Positions 12,501 to 25,457 of a stretch of 64,000 nucleotides of DNA are shown here, in pieces; the first letter of the stretch is position 1, and every line of letters starts with the position of its first letter. A program made the position numbers and the translations under genes. The notes beneath the pieces are model-generated. The model was given only the letters and a program-made list of their open reading frames with translations, was not told where the DNA came from and did not search any database. The stretch comes from Rhina ancylostomus (taxonomy: Eukaryota), in the NCBI GenBank assembly GCA_030265395.1, contig JARFYF010000052.1:105983529-106047528 (forward strand), given 5' to 3'.

Positions 12501-12979
12501 GTGCTAGTGTTATATTCAGATTAATACTTCTTCATCCAGAGAGATAGTTGAATAAAAAAGATTGCTGTACAATTAAGCACATATTTTTTCTGGGTTTGAT
12601 TTTAAAAATCTCAGCCATGTTTTCAAATTTTTCTCTGGTCTCAGCCCTTCCAAACTCTGTAACCTAATTCATCTTGACAATCTTCCAAAGTATTTGCAAT
12701 CTTCCAGTTCTCAACTCTTGTGCATCCTTAATCACTTCACCACTGATGACTATATCTTCAGCTGCTCAGGGACTAAACTGTAGAATTCCAACTTTATCCT
12801 CTCTACCCTTTCTTCCTTAAAAGCTACCTCTTTAACTTTCTCCGGCAGAAAGTTTGTTGCATCTCTTTAACTTGTCCAAACATCTTCCATGTCTCAGTGT
12901 CAACTACATTTGATAATATTCCTGTGAAGTGCCTTGAGATAGTTTGATGTTAAAGATGCTACAGAGTTTCTTTTTGTTA

Positions 12980-13712
12980 GGCCCTGGAGAGGGTTGTTGG
13001 ACAGAGAGGCCTTGAGGTATGGGTACATAGTTCCCTGAAAGTGGCAATGCAGGTAGACAGGGTGGCGATGAAGGCGTTTGGCATGTTTGCCTTCATCGGT
13101 CAGGGCATTGAGTACAGGGGTTGAAGGTCATGTCTCAACTTTACAAGTCATTGGTGAGACCACAATCAGTGTATTGTGCTCAGTTCTGGTTGCCCAACTA
13201 TAGGAAGGATGTCATTAAACTGGAAAGCTTGTAGAAAAGATCCACCAGGATGTTACTGGGATTGGAGGGCTTGAGTTATAAGGAGAAGCTGGATAGCCTG
13301 GGACTTTTTTCCCTGAAGTGTTGGAGACTGAGGAGTGGCCTTATAGAGGTTTATAAAATTATGAGGGGCATAGATAAGGTAGATGGTCACAGCTTTTACC
13401 AGGGGATGGGAGTCTAAAACTAGAGGGCGGAGATTTAAAGCGAGATGGGAAAGATTTAAGAGGGACCTGAGGGACAAGTTTTTCACATAGATGGTTGTGG
13501 GTATGTGAAATGAGCTGCCAGAGGAAGTGGTAGAGGTGGGTATAATTACAATGTTTAGAAGACATTGGAACAGATACATGAATAGAAAAGGTTTAGATGG
13601 ATATGGGCCAAATGCAGGCAAATGAGACTGGCTCGGATAGACATGTTGGTCAGCATTGATGAGTTGGACTGAAGGGCCTGTTTCCATGCTGTATAACTCT
13701 TATGATTCTGTG
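12980..13712 (+). mobile_element. CR1 LINE 3' portion
   Basis: Translates to LYKSLVRP..YCAQFWLPNYRKDV. Tail GAAGGGCCTGTTTCCATGCTGTATAACTCTTATGATTCT. Confidence 0.85.
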
Positions 13713-14149
13713 ACTCCTATACTATATGCACGGCCCATTCAATGTAAGAGATTATCTTCCCTTTTGACTTTCCTTCCTTCCCCTCTACCCCTAAAGGTGT
13801 CATTCTGTTGCAATTTTATCCATTCACCAATTTCTCAGTAACTTGTCCATCTATCTAATCTTCACACGTAACATTGAACATCATTCCAGCAGAGACCGGA
13901 CCCACAGCTCAGCTTGATCCTACCTTTCCCATCAGGAAGCACTGGAGAGATTGAAGGAGTAGTACTATTTGCTAATTTGTTTCCCTTCTTAGTCCAGAAG
14001 CACTGCAATTAATTGCAGTTTTTGTCTGCTCCCTCAGGCATTAGATCTTCAGCATTTATTTATGCGATAGTTCAGTACTTTATCACACAGTGCAGCTGCA
14101 CACTGGTGAGTTAGCCAACACAACTGATCATTGATAAAACACATTACTT

Positions 14150-14350
14150 ANNNNNNNNNNNNNNNNNNNNNNNNNNNNNNNNNNNNNNNNNNNNNNNNNN
14201 NNNNNNNNNNTGGAATGTGGGAGGAAACTGGAGCACCCGGAGGAAACCCACGCAGACACGGGAGAACGTACAAACTCCTTACAGGCAATGGTGGGAATCA
14301 AAACTGGGTCGCTGGCGCTGTAATAGCATCGTGCTAACCACTATGCTACT
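14150..14350 (-). mobile_element. V-SINE-like SINE, partly masked
   Basis: GGAGGAAACTGGAGCACCCGGAGGAAACCCACGCAGACACGGGAGAACGTACAAACTCC core plus a tRNA-like head. Confidence 0.8.
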
Positions 14351-14359
14351 GGACTCTTT

Positions 14360-14868
14360 CAAGTTTATTGATATCTTTCTTGTGGGTGGGTGACCAGAAC
14401 TGCACATAAGACTCCAAATCCAGCCTCACTAATGTCTTGTACAACATCAACATAGCATTCCAACTCCTGTACTCAATGCCAGATTTATGAAGGCCAAAGT
14501 GCCAAAAGATCTCTTTACGACCCTATCACTTTCAAGGAACAATGGATCTGTTCTACTGCGCACCTCAGAGCTGTGCTACTCTATGTACAAGTCTTGTCCT
14601 CCCAAAGTGCAACACCTCACACTTGTCTGCATTAAATTCCATCAGCCATTTTCCAGCCCATTTTCCCAGATGGTCTAGATCATGCTACAAGTTTTGATAG
14701 GCTTCCTCGCTGTCCACTATGCCCCCAATCTTTGTGTCATCTGTAAATTTGCTGATCTAGTTTACCACATTATCACCTAAGTCATTAATATAGAAGATGA
14801 ACAACAATGGACCCAGCACCCAATCTGCAGCACAGCACTAGTCACAGGTCTCCAGTTAGAGAGTCAAC
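14360..14868 (-). mobile_element. CR1 LINE RT fragment
   Basis: Reverse strand reads ..VLGPLLFIFYINDL..DQQIYRDT..LDHLGKWAGKWLMEFNADKCEVLH, approximately, with decay. Confidence 0.75.
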
Positions 14869-15451
14869 CATAGAACTAAAGAACCATAGAACAGTACAGC
14901 ACAATACAGGCCCTTCGGCCCACCATGTTATGCTGACCTTTAAACCACGCCTGACTATCTAACCCCTTCCTGCCACATATCCCTATATTTAAAATTCCTC
15001 CATATGCTTATCTAACAATCTCTTGAACCTGATAAAATGTATCAGTCTCCACCACCACCCCAGGAAGCGCATTCCAATAACCAACCACTCTCTGGGTGAA
15101 AAACCTCCCTCTGACATCTCCCTTGAACTTCCCACCCATTACCTTAAAGCCATGTCCTCTTGTTTTGAGCATTGGTGCCCTGGGAAAGAGGCGCTGGCTG
15201 TCCACTCTATCTATTCCTCTTAATATTTTGTATACCTCTATCATGTCTCCCCTCATCCTCCTTCTCTCCAATGAGTAAAGCCCTAGCTCCTTTAGTCTCT
15301 CCTCATAATCCATACTCTCTAATCCAGGCAGCATCCTGGTAAATCTCCTCTGCACCCTTTCCAATGCCTCCACATCCTTCCTATAATGAGGCGACCAGAA
15401 CTGGATACAGTACTCCAAGTGTGTTCTAACCAGAGTTTTGTAAAGCTGCAT
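14869..15451 (-). mobile_element. Relatively young 5'-truncated CR1 LINE 3' end with an almost intact ORF2 C-terminus
   Basis: ORF 15008..15451 (MQLYKTLVRTHLEYCIQFWSPHYRKDVEALERVQRRFTRMLPGL...RFFTQRVVGYWNALP) is the classic CR1 ORF2 C-terminus. Tail repeat CATAGAAC at 14869-14892. Confidence 0.92.
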
Positions 15452-15464
15452 TTGCTACTGTCCA

Positions 15465-16290
15465 GTCCATAAGACAAAGGAGCAGAATTAGACTATCTGA
15501 CCCATCAGATCTGCTCCACCATTCGATCATAGCTGATTTATTTTTCCTTTTCAACCCCATTCTCCCTGTAAACTTTGACGCCCTGACTAATCAAGAACCC
15601 ATCAACCTCCTCTTTAAATACACCCAGTGACTTGACCTCCACAGCCATCTGTGACAATGAATTCCACAGATTCACCGCCCTCTGGCTAAAGAAATTCCTC
15701 TTCATCTCTGTTCTAAAGGGACGTCCTTCTATTCTGAGGCTCTGGCCTCTGATCTTCGACTCTCTACACATCCACTCTATCCACCCCTTTCAATATTCAG
15801 TAAGGGTCAATGAGATCCCCCTCATCCTTCTAAACTCCAGTGAGTACAGGCCCAGAGCCATCAAATGCTCCTCATATGTTAACCCTTTCATTCCCAGGAT
15901 CATTCTTGTAAACCTCCTCTGGACTCTCTCCAATGCCAGCACATCCTACCTTAGATATGGGGCCCAAAACTACTGACAATACTCCAAATGTGGTCTGACC
16001 AATGCCTTATAAAGCCTCAACATTACATGCTTGCTTACATATTCTAGTCTTCTCAAAATGAATGCTAACATTGCATGTACCTTCCTTACTACTGATTCAA
16101 CCTGCAAGTTAACCTTCAGGGAATTCTGCACTAGGACTTTGAGGTGCCTTTGTACCTCTTATTTCTGAATTTGCTCCCCATTTAGAAAATAGTCTGCACC
16201 TTTATTCCTTCCACCAAAGTGCATGACCATACACTTCCCTACACTGTATTCCATCTGCCACTTCTTTGCCCATTCTCCCATCCATTCTCC
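15465..16290 (-). mobile_element. CR1 LINE 3' portion, different subfamily
   Basis: ORFs 15538..15771 (RNFFSQRAVNLWNSL) and 16159..16389 (EWAKKWQMEYSVGKCMVMHFG). Tail CATAAGACAAAGGAGCAGAATTAG at 15468. Confidence 0.88.
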
Positions 16291-16804
16291 CAACCCATTC
16301 AAGAATGGATTATGCAGTATGAAACTAGGCACCAGAGATGCCAAATCAACAATCATCCAGTGATCCAGGAAAGTTCTCCAAGCAAACATTTGGCCATTTG
16401 AGTCAAAGTTGGGGCAAGTTTCTCCAGAGCCTGATCAAGCTACAAGGTGATATAGTCTAACCCATATTTCAGCCTCAGATTTCCCCTTTACCTTGCTTGA
16501 GTATGTCCCAAATTTATGGCAAGCCAGACCTATTACAGCTGGTGGTGCAATGGCTCAAGGTGGGAAGGAGGGGTCCAAGAGTATTGGCCTTTGGAAACCA
16601 TGAAGTCTCATGACATCAGACAAAACATAAATAAGGAGATTTTTCTTGATTTCCAACTCACTGTTCTCTCTCACCATATGCATTCATACTGTTGAAAATC
16701 TCCGAGAATTAATATGGAGGTAGAAATAATGCAAAATCCATGTTAGGCAGGAAACCTATGTCTATCATCAAGACTGGTATGACAGTAAAAGATCTGCTGC
16801 ACTT

Positions 16805-17040
16805 GGACATAGATAAAGAAAGTGGAAGTAAGCCATTTGATCACTTGTGCCTGCTCCACTATTAATAAGATCATGTTTGACCTTTCTTCTTACTGCAGTG
16901 TTTCTGCACTAATCCCACATCATCCAGTGCCCTAATATCTAAAATCTATTGATCACTATCTTGAATATTGTCAGCACCTAAACTTCCACAATCATCTTGT
17001 GTACAGAATTCCAAAGCACTGACCTAGGGGTGAAGAAGTA
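16805..17040 (-). mobile_element. Old CR1 3' end fragment
   Basis: AAGTAAGCCATTTGATCACTTGTGCCTGCTCCACTATT...AGAATTCCAAAG...GTGAAGAA resembles 15465-15700. Confidence 0.6.
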
Positions 17041-17364
17041 AAGCTGGAGGACCAATGTGAGGAAGAAGTCTATGACCGTCTATCTATCTGTCTGCCTACC
17101 TGTTTGTCTATCTATCTGTCTGAAAAACAACTGAAAGCTGGGCATTCCTGAGATGCTGTGGGCCATTTGCTGCAGAAACATTGTGTTTCATCCTTAGGTG
17201 TAAATTTATAGCCGCAGTCTACCATAACTATCAAACCTGGGGTATAGTCAGGAATGTTGATGTGGATGCTGGAAGGAACACTGAAAGTTAAGTGGCCCAT
17301 CTGGTGAAGACACAGTGCAGGACTACATGCACTCTAAACAGTGGAACCAGGATAGTAATTTTTT

Positions 17365-17610
17365 AAAAATTTTATTTACAGCGTGGTAACAGGCCCTTCT
17401 GGCCCAACAAATCCGTGCCGCCCATTTATTTTTAAACCCATGTTAACATACCCGTACATCTTTGGAATGTGAGAGGAAACCGGAGCACCCGGAGGAAACC
17501 CACACAGACATGGGAGAACGTACAAACTCCATACCGACAGCGACAGGAATCAAACCCCAATCACTGGTGCTGTAATAGCGTCGTGCTAACTGCTACGCTA
17601 CTGTGCTGCT
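17365..17610 (-). mobile_element. V-SINE-like SINE, short-tail subfamily
   Basis: CpG-retaining core GGAAACCGGAGCACCCGGAGGAAACCCAC and tRNA-like head (GCAGCACAGTAGCGTAGCAGTTAGCACGACGC on the minus strand). Confidence 0.85.
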
Positions 17611-17984
17611 CTTATTATATAGCTCTTATATAATAAGAGCTAATCCATTGCACAACTAACCAATCAGGTCAGTGCACTGCAGTCCTGCAGTCATAGAAGG
17701 AGGAAACTGCAAAAACACCCACTTTCAAAGATGGCAAATCGCAACACAAGTGCAAAAGGCAAGGTTGAAGCATTTTCAACCATTTTCACCCAGAGGTACT
17801 GAGCTGATAATTTATTTTGGCCTCTCACTGAGGTCCCACAATCACAATAAAATACCCTGTCAATAGGATTCACTCTGGACGAAGTAAGAGCTGAGAGGAC
17901 TAGACACAGGAGGGCTGTTGGCTATGATAATGTAGCCACTGTAGGGGTGAAGGTTTGTGTACTGATCCACTTCAGCCCTCTGCC

Positions 17985-19850
17985 CAAGATTCACATGCAG
18001 GACTGTCTAGCTGATTGTTTCAACTGACTCTTGCCCCGCTGAACTTAGTTCTTCCACCTTAACTCCATCCTTTCTCCTCTGTTCCAGTCTTTTGTCATTT
18101 CCATCTGTGACACTTCAGACAACATTCGCCACTTCAGTAGTTTCCAATTTCTTGGTTGCAACCAGTTAATCTCTACCAGGGTTATCTAGCCCCGCTGCAC
18201 CTCCATCCCACATCAGGAGGATCCACTCCTCTCTCTTGAACAGAGGCCCAACCAGCTCACCCCCGCCAACACGTTCATTTGCCTGGCTGAACTCATCCTC
18301 ACATAAAACAACTTCTCCTTCAACTTTCTCCAGATCAATAGTGTAGCTACGGGCACTCACTTGGGCCCAAGCTAGACCTGTCTTTTTGTGGGATATGTGG
18401 AACAACCTTTGTTTCAGTCCTGCCCAGGCCCACACCCCGAACTATTTTTCTGCAAGAGTGATGACTGCATTTTTGCTGCTTCCTGCACTCATAAAGGATT
18501 CAAAACTGTCATTACATTTGCTGCCAATTTCCACTGGCTCTCACCTTGGCACAGTCCATTTCTAACTCTTTGATTCCCTTTCTAAATCTCTGTCTCCATC
18601 TCAGCTGATAGGTTAGCCACAAATATCTATTACAAGCCCACACACTCCCACTGCTATCTTGACTGTATTTTACCCAACCATGCCCCCTGTAAGGTCTTCA
18701 TTCCATTCTCCCAGTTCACCCATCTCTATCAAATTTACTCTGATGATGAGACTTTTGCCTCTTATGCATTAAGAATAAAAGTGAATGGATTATACAATAT
18801 GAACCCAGGCACTAGTCACGCCAAATCAACACCCAGCCCAGTAACACATGTGCCTCTGAAATGTCTTCCTTCTTCCTGAGCCATGGTTTCCTCTCTACCA
18901 TTGTGGGCAAAGGCCTTGATTGCATCTATTCTATTCCCACAGCTAGTTACTGACCACTGTTCTTCCTGGATTGAGCAAGAATAGAATTCCCTTGGTCTTC
19001 ACATGCTGTTCCGCCAGCCTTCATATTCAACAGGTCATCCTTTCACTGACTCCAACAAGGTTCTCCCACCAGACACATATTCCCATCTCTTTTCAACAGT
19101 TCAAATGGACTGTTCCCTTGGCAACACTCTAGTCTGCCTTTCCACCTCCCATCTTACGATACTTTCCCATGCAACCACGAAAGCTGTAACACCTTCTCTT
19201 CCCACCATCCATGTTCTGAATAGTCCTTCCAGTGTCCTGCATTCAGTGTACACAATGTGGTCTCCTCTATATTGGAGAAACCAAAGGCAACTGGGTGATC
19301 ACTTTGCAGGCATCTGCGTTCAGTCTGCAGAAGTGAACTTGATGCTCACCATCCCACTCCCACTCTGCCTTATCTGCCTGTCACCTCCTGCACTGTTATA
19401 ATGAGGCCCAATGCAAGTTTGAGGACTAAGACCTCATCTCTGTCTAGGCACACGGCAGCCTTCCAGACTTAATATCGAATTCTCCAAGTATGATATCAGG
19501 TCAGTTCTTCTCTCTCCATTAGTATGACCTAACATGCTGTGCATGTCCCACAGCTTCACATAGTATTGACAAAGAAGCATAATCACCCTCGAACGACCCC
19601 ACCAACTGTTTTTACTTAATCTCATCAAATCACAGATTTCCCTTTGTCTTCTCCATTCCTCCCACCAACTTCTATACAACTTAAAATTACTTTCTTTTTG
19701 TCTCTCTTTCCCAGTGCTGATGAAGGGTCCCCATCCAAAAACCTTATCTCTGTTTCTCGTTCCATAGATCCTGCCTGACCTGCTGAGTTTTCCAGCATTT
19801 TCATTTTTTGTTTCAGATTTCCAGCGTCTGCAGGTTTGTTCGATTCTTCA
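17985..19850 (+). mobile_element. Decayed Penelope-like element (RT, GIY-YIG, terminal repeat)
   Basis: ORF 18388..18573 (GYVEQPLFQS..FCKSDDCI, RT) and ORF 19003..19401 (RQLGDHFAG, GIY-YIG). Terminal CTGATGAAGGG...CTGCCTGACCTGCTGAGTTTTCCAGCATTT at 19717-19800. Confidence 0.85.
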
Positions 19851-20120
19851 CCCACTTTCTGCAGCCTTCCCGATGTTTACCATGTTTTCTCAGATCTCTG
19901 TCAGTTTTAATTTAGGAAATATATAGCAGTTCCTTCATTGTTCTAGGATTTATCCAACAGCATTGTGAGAATAGTTTCACCACATTAACCATACTATTTT
20001 CTCAGGATCAATGAGGGATGTCTATTAAATGCTGATCTTGCCAGTGATGCTACATCCCATGAATGGATGAATGAATAGAAAGATCATATCTCACATCATA
20101 AAGAACACATGAAGGATATT

Positions 20121-20152
20121 CATCTCAATTTAGCTCATCTCAATTTAGCTCA
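20121..20152 (+). repeat. Perfect 15-bp tandem duplication CATCTCAATTTAGCT
   Basis: 20121-20135 is identical to 20136-20150. Confidence 0.9.
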
Positions 20153-20591
20153 AAGACCCTAAAATCCCTAAAGCATTTCATGCAGTAATAACAATAGTTT
20201 GCATTGCTTCACTTGCAGAATGAATAAGGGAGTTCTGAAAGTGCTTTATACTGAGACTACATAGCAAAACAGAGAGACCTGAGTGCAAATATTAGCCCCA
20301 TTTAAGTGGATCAGAGACAGGAAGTGATGTCTCTGGAGGATGGGAAAGATCAAAGACAGTCTTGAAAGCAGGGCTGAGAGTCTTGTTGGGACGCAGAAAT
20401 TTTGGAGAGGCTGAGGGTGAGGAAGGGTGGGCGCTATGTGATTTGATAAGAATTTGTGAGCTGGTGAGATTGTGGGTGGCAGGAATTGTGTAGACAACTT
20501 GTGTAGACTTTCTAGAGGGCTGATGTACACAGATGAATGAAAGAGTATGGTTCATCTCCACAAAGTCCCAGAATTATTCTGAAGTTCTATG

Positions 20592-20876
20592 GGCAGGCAC
20601 GGTAATGTAGCAGTTAGTGTAATGCTTTAGAGTGCTGGCGACCCAGGTTCAATTCTGGCCACTGTCTGTAAGGACTTTATATGTTCTCCTTGTGTCTGCC
20701 TGGGTTTCCTCTCACTTTCCAAAAGGTGTACAGATTAGGAAGTTGTGGGCATGCTACGTTGGTGCTGGAAACGTGGCGACACTTGCGGGCTGCCTCCCAG
20801 AACACTCTACGCAAGAGGATGCATTTCACTGTGTATTTCGATATACACGTGACTAATAAAGATATCTTATTTTATC
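20592..20876 (+). mobile_element. V-SINE-like SINE with a Rex1-like 3' tail
   Basis: Head GGCAGGCACGGTAATGTAGCAGTTAG...GGTTCAATTC (A/B-box-like), core ATGTTCTCCTTGTGTCTGCCTGGGTTTCCTC, tail CATTTCACTGTGTATTTCGATATACACGTGACTAATAAAGATATCTTAT. Confidence 0.8.
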
Positions 20877-21362
20877 ATAAAACGATTCTGGGACTTTGTA
20901 CTATTGCCTTCCTCAGGAATCCAATCCATTTTCTAATGAGAATTTGCATAAAGAACTTAAAAATATCAGGCCAACTGTCCTATTATTAAACTTTGTGTCA
21001 TCCCTTGAAATCCTACAATGTTAGTACTATCCCTCATTTTCCCTTTTTACATTGTTGACTAGCGTAATTTTATATGCCAATTTAGTGCCTCACTTTTCCT
21101 GATTTCAGATATGTCTATTCCTTTTTTTATATTTCGACTTCTGACTTTAGGGGTACTTTTTGAAAGATTTACATAAATTAATTGTCTTCCTTTAAACTTG
21201 GAAGATAGATGTGGATGTAGTATTGATGGTACAGTATCATTATAGGTCCTATGCCAGCAATCCAAGCATTGCTTCCAATAGAGTATCTCCAGCAGAGGAT
21301 CACACATGAAACAAATCTGCACAATTTATGTTTAAGATAAATTTACAGCTCAAGATTAGTGT

Positions 21363-21730
21363 TAAGACCATAAGACCATACAATATAGGAGTAGAATTAG
21401 GCCATTAAGCCCATGGTGTCAGCTCTGCCATTTAATCACGACTGGTTTTTTTAAACCCCATTCTCCTGACTTCTCCCCATAAATCTTAACCCTTTTACCA
21501 ATCAAGGACCTTTCAGTCTCTGCCTTAAATATACGCAGTGATTTGGCCTCCACAGGCCTCTGCAGCAACAAGTTCCAGCGTTTCACCACATTTCCTCTTC
21601 ATCTCAGTTTTAAAGGGCTGTCCCTTTATTCTGAGGCTGAGCCTCGGATCCTAGACTCTCCTACTACTGGAAACATCCTCTCCATGTCCACTCTATCCAG
21701 GCCTTTCAGTATTCGGCAGGTTTCAATGTT
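21363..21730 (-). mobile_element. CR1 3' end
   Basis: TAAGACCATAAGACCATA tail repeat, with a body matching 15465-15800. Confidence 0.8.
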
Positions 21731-21899
21731 AACAAAGTTAAATCTTACCGTCACAATGCACATTTGGATAATGGGTATTGTAAGGAATAAGTTACAAATT
21801 GCCAGCTGTGCAGAACATCTTTTTGTAATATCATTTGCTCAGTGAAGTGATAATTTTATCTAATGTAGTCAATTAAATTGCAGCAAGTACTGAGAAAGA

Positions 21900-22150
21900 A
21901 GTTATGTGTGTCATTGACTAATATTCTGGAGGGCTGGGCTAACAATCCAGACTATGGTTCAAATCCCTCATTTCACTTAATACATGGAATTTAAAACCCA
22001 TCTGATCCACTGATGCCCTTCAGGAAGGAAACCTGCTGTTCTTAGCTGGCCTATATGTCCTGTAACTCCAGACTCACCAATGTGGCTAACTCTGACATAG
22101 CCAAGCAGGCTATTCAGTTCAAGAGCAATAAAACCTGCAAATGAATATTT
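21900..22150 (+). mobile_element. Old tRNA-derived SINE with an L2-like tail
   Basis: GGTTCAAATCCC B-box-like motif and AGGAAGGAAACCTGCTG...GGCCTATATG...ACTCCAGAC core. Confidence 0.55.
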
Positions 22151-25100
22151 TCTTTTAAAAGTTCCCAGTTACTTTTTCACCCCGATGTTTGTACTCCTGC
22201 AGGAGACAATTTGTGTAGACCTTCTGTGACATTGTGGAATTTTAAACCAATTGTGAAAGGCATCATGAGTGGAGCCATTGAAATATGGAGAGGGCCTTAT
22301 TCAGGAAGGCACAATTAGAGCAATAGTCTGAGTTTTAATTCTCAGTGAGATGTCTGGCTATTAAGGATATGAAGTGGAAATTTGTGAGGACGGTTCATAT
22401 GATATTCTGCATTTATTAAACAGCCAAGATGCCCCTCCCTGCAAAAAGTTTAGAGTTAGAAGGATACTCTCAGGCCTGAAACTTCCTTTGCAGTGAAGAC
22501 TTCTGCATAAAAGTGTCATGTCCAAGGCCATTGCTGACCAAGCATAAAACATGGACATTAGGAAATGTAATACCACATGTAATCATTTATAACAATGATT
22601 ACAATGCAGATTCAGTGTGTATATTTCTTTGGTAGCAAAAGTTGATTTTTTTGCTTGTTTTACTTTATCACATTTTTCCAGTCTTTTGTTTCCTTATGAC
22701 CCAAGTCTTCTAGAGCGCCTTAGATCTCCATATGTTTCTCTGCAGATGTAATTAGTACTACTATGTATGAATTGATAATGCTGTGCCCATGCACACAACT
22801 CCCTGGTGATGCCCACTGCACCTGTTTGGATTAAAAGTCCTTTCCTCTGCTCAGTTGCAGGTGATTTCCATTCCTAACCATGGTACAGATCACAGAAGTT
22901 ATGTGCCACGAGTGGGAAGGATGCCATTGGTTGCACAGTTGGGAAGGAGTTTTCCATTGATCTGCTCGTTTCAAAACTGTAGTTTTAAAAAGAAAATCAA
23001 CTCCATTGTCCTCCGTTTCAAGATTGAAGAAAAAAAATTACTTGCCTTTACATGTGCCTTCCTTAACTTCACCCCTAAAAGACCTGCCTAATTTTAGGAC
23101 CCTCATATTAAATTTCTCAAGAAGCAGAAGTAGTGTTTCCTTAATATCTGTAAAGCTTCAATCAAATCATTCCTGAAATTCCTAAGTGCAAGGGAATGCA
23201 ACTCAGCACACCTGACTTCAACACAAACATCTTTTCGCGGAACACTGCTGACAAAGCAATACTTCAATCTTGTCGACTTTCTACTCACCATGGAAACAAT
23301 GGTTCCTTCATTATCCCAGCTAATACAAGCTANNNNNNNNNTCAGTCTCAACCACTGAATGCTAAAAGAGAGACCCACCCTTTTACTTTAACCTCCATAC
23401 AGAGTTTCTTTGGTAGTACAATCCTTGATAATTCATTGTTGTCCTTCCTTTCCGACACAATAAATATCCAGTATCAGAATAGGGTTTTCTTTTAAAAAAG
23501 AAAACAAACAGGATGTGTAATTCAAAAGAAACCTCAACCTACTGAGACGCCACTCCGACATGTTACAAAAGAGTCATTTCTACATTTGCCTGCCAGTCTT
23601 GTCCAATGATAAATGTTGCTGTGATGTTTATTGGGGCTTCTCTCAGCTCATTTAACACAAATATTTCCTTTGAGATCAAATAATTTCCACTTAATTGTAT
23701 TTCAATAGCATTTTATATCTACAGATCAAATATTTGCTCATATATATGTTAATTTGATGGCATATGTCCGGAAATCTTTTTTGAAATATTTCAAGAGAAA
23801 TTCTGAAAAAGCATTTCAACATCTAAATTATGTTCCAGTTCAAAAAGTTTAAATAATCAAGCTTCTTTAATGGAAAGTTTGCCTAATACAAGAAGATGGG
23901 TTTTGAAACTGGATTTTCTAGCTCTTAATTTATTTTAATCTTAATTTGAAAACAACTGAAATTAAGTCACACATTTGGCTATTGTTGCTTTAATAATCTA
24001 TAAGTGGACAAGCATTATTGAGTGGTGTTACTGGTCAGGTCTTTTCGGTTAATTTCAAGTTAANNNNNNNNNNNNNNNNNNNNNNNNNNNNNNNNNNNNN
24101 NNNNNNNNNNNNNNNNNNNNNNNNNNNNNNNNNNNNNNNNNNNNNNNNNNNNNNNNNNNNNNNCAAGTTAATACCCGTAAGAGTCTGGGATGTTACTATC
24201 GCTATAAGGTTAAGAATGTTTTCATCCAGTTTGTTGTTTCAAAAAGTAGACATATCTTTTTGTAAAGTCAGCATTGCTGCAATGCAATAAGGTCAGAATG
24301 ATGCTTTTCCAAATTTTTCTTATTGTAAATAGCTTTGTCCATCTAAGGCCTGTCCTTACCTACTAAGGGCGTTGCCTACAATAGCATTCTACACATTTAC
24401 AGTTGAAAAGCAACCTGTGATTTTATGACTTTTCAGCAACTTCCCTCCATTACTAGCTGCATCTTCGAATCAACTCCTTTCAAAGCTTCAGTAAAATGAT
24501 GGAACTTGAATCTTTGAAGAAGGAAGGTGTCTTCTGGAACGTCGTAGGAAGAAGAATCTCTTTTGGAAATATAAAATAATAATNNNNNNNNNNTGATAAT
24601 TAATTATTGGACTAAACATCACTGGTCGTTTACTGAAATGGTCACAGGTATGCAGATATATAACATAATATTGCATTGTTAGTGTGTGGCATCCATCCAT
24701 CTTAAGGTGAGAACCTTAAGCCCACTGGTGATCACTGAAGAGAAAACTAGCAACTAGTTTTAAATTCAGGGGGAGGCGATAATCATTGTCTGCCACTAAG
24801 TCTCTCCAGCATGCATTTGAAGACAGTCTGCTTCAGAGGAGAATTCATAATGCAAATTCAATTTACGTGATAGACATAAGTTCCCTGCCAAACTTGCCAT
24901 AATTTCTGATATAATAGTCCAGAAAAATATTCTTATTCTTGTTTCACAGTATAATTTTCTCAAGACTTGCATATGCCACTGAATTACGTGCTAGGTCCTT
25001 ATTGCCTCAAATCAGGAACAGGCTGTTAAGGTGGAACAAAATGATTACAATGCAGCTGCCGCTCAAGTTCTTTGAATGGGTTCAATGAGTTGGCCAGGTG

Positions 25101-25457
25101 CATCCTTCAGATTCCTTTTATTTTTATTCATTTTGCCACCGAACGTACCAGCCGAGAAATCGCACATGTAAGAAGCTCAAGGTTGTGAAACATAACTAAT
25201 TCCAGCCAGTCCTTGTATAACACTTGATAACACAATCAGATCTAGAAAGGGGAGTCAAAGTCACCCCTGTGCTAGAGGCTGCCACGTGATGGCAATCACT
25301 TACATATGGAGCAACAGAAAATGTGAAATTTAAGTTAAAAGAGAACACGTGCAAATAGCCAAAAATACACATTAATGCATGTACAACATCCTTTACAGAA
25401 CATTAAAGAAAAGAATATTACATTAAATAAAATTACAAGACAAAGATTTAAGCTTAC

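Noticed and set aside
15008-15451. 147-aa intact-looking ORF as a host gene
   Set aside because: It is the C-terminus of CR1 ORF2 in a 5'-truncated copy.
17608-17640. 12-bp inverted repeat GCTCTTATTATA / TATAATAAGAGC
   Set aside because: Short, AT-rich and at a SINE junction; most likely an insertion or repair by-product.
20592-20665. tRNA gene
   Set aside because: The A/B-box-like motifs belong to a SINE head continuing into the SINE core, and there is no complete cloverleaf.
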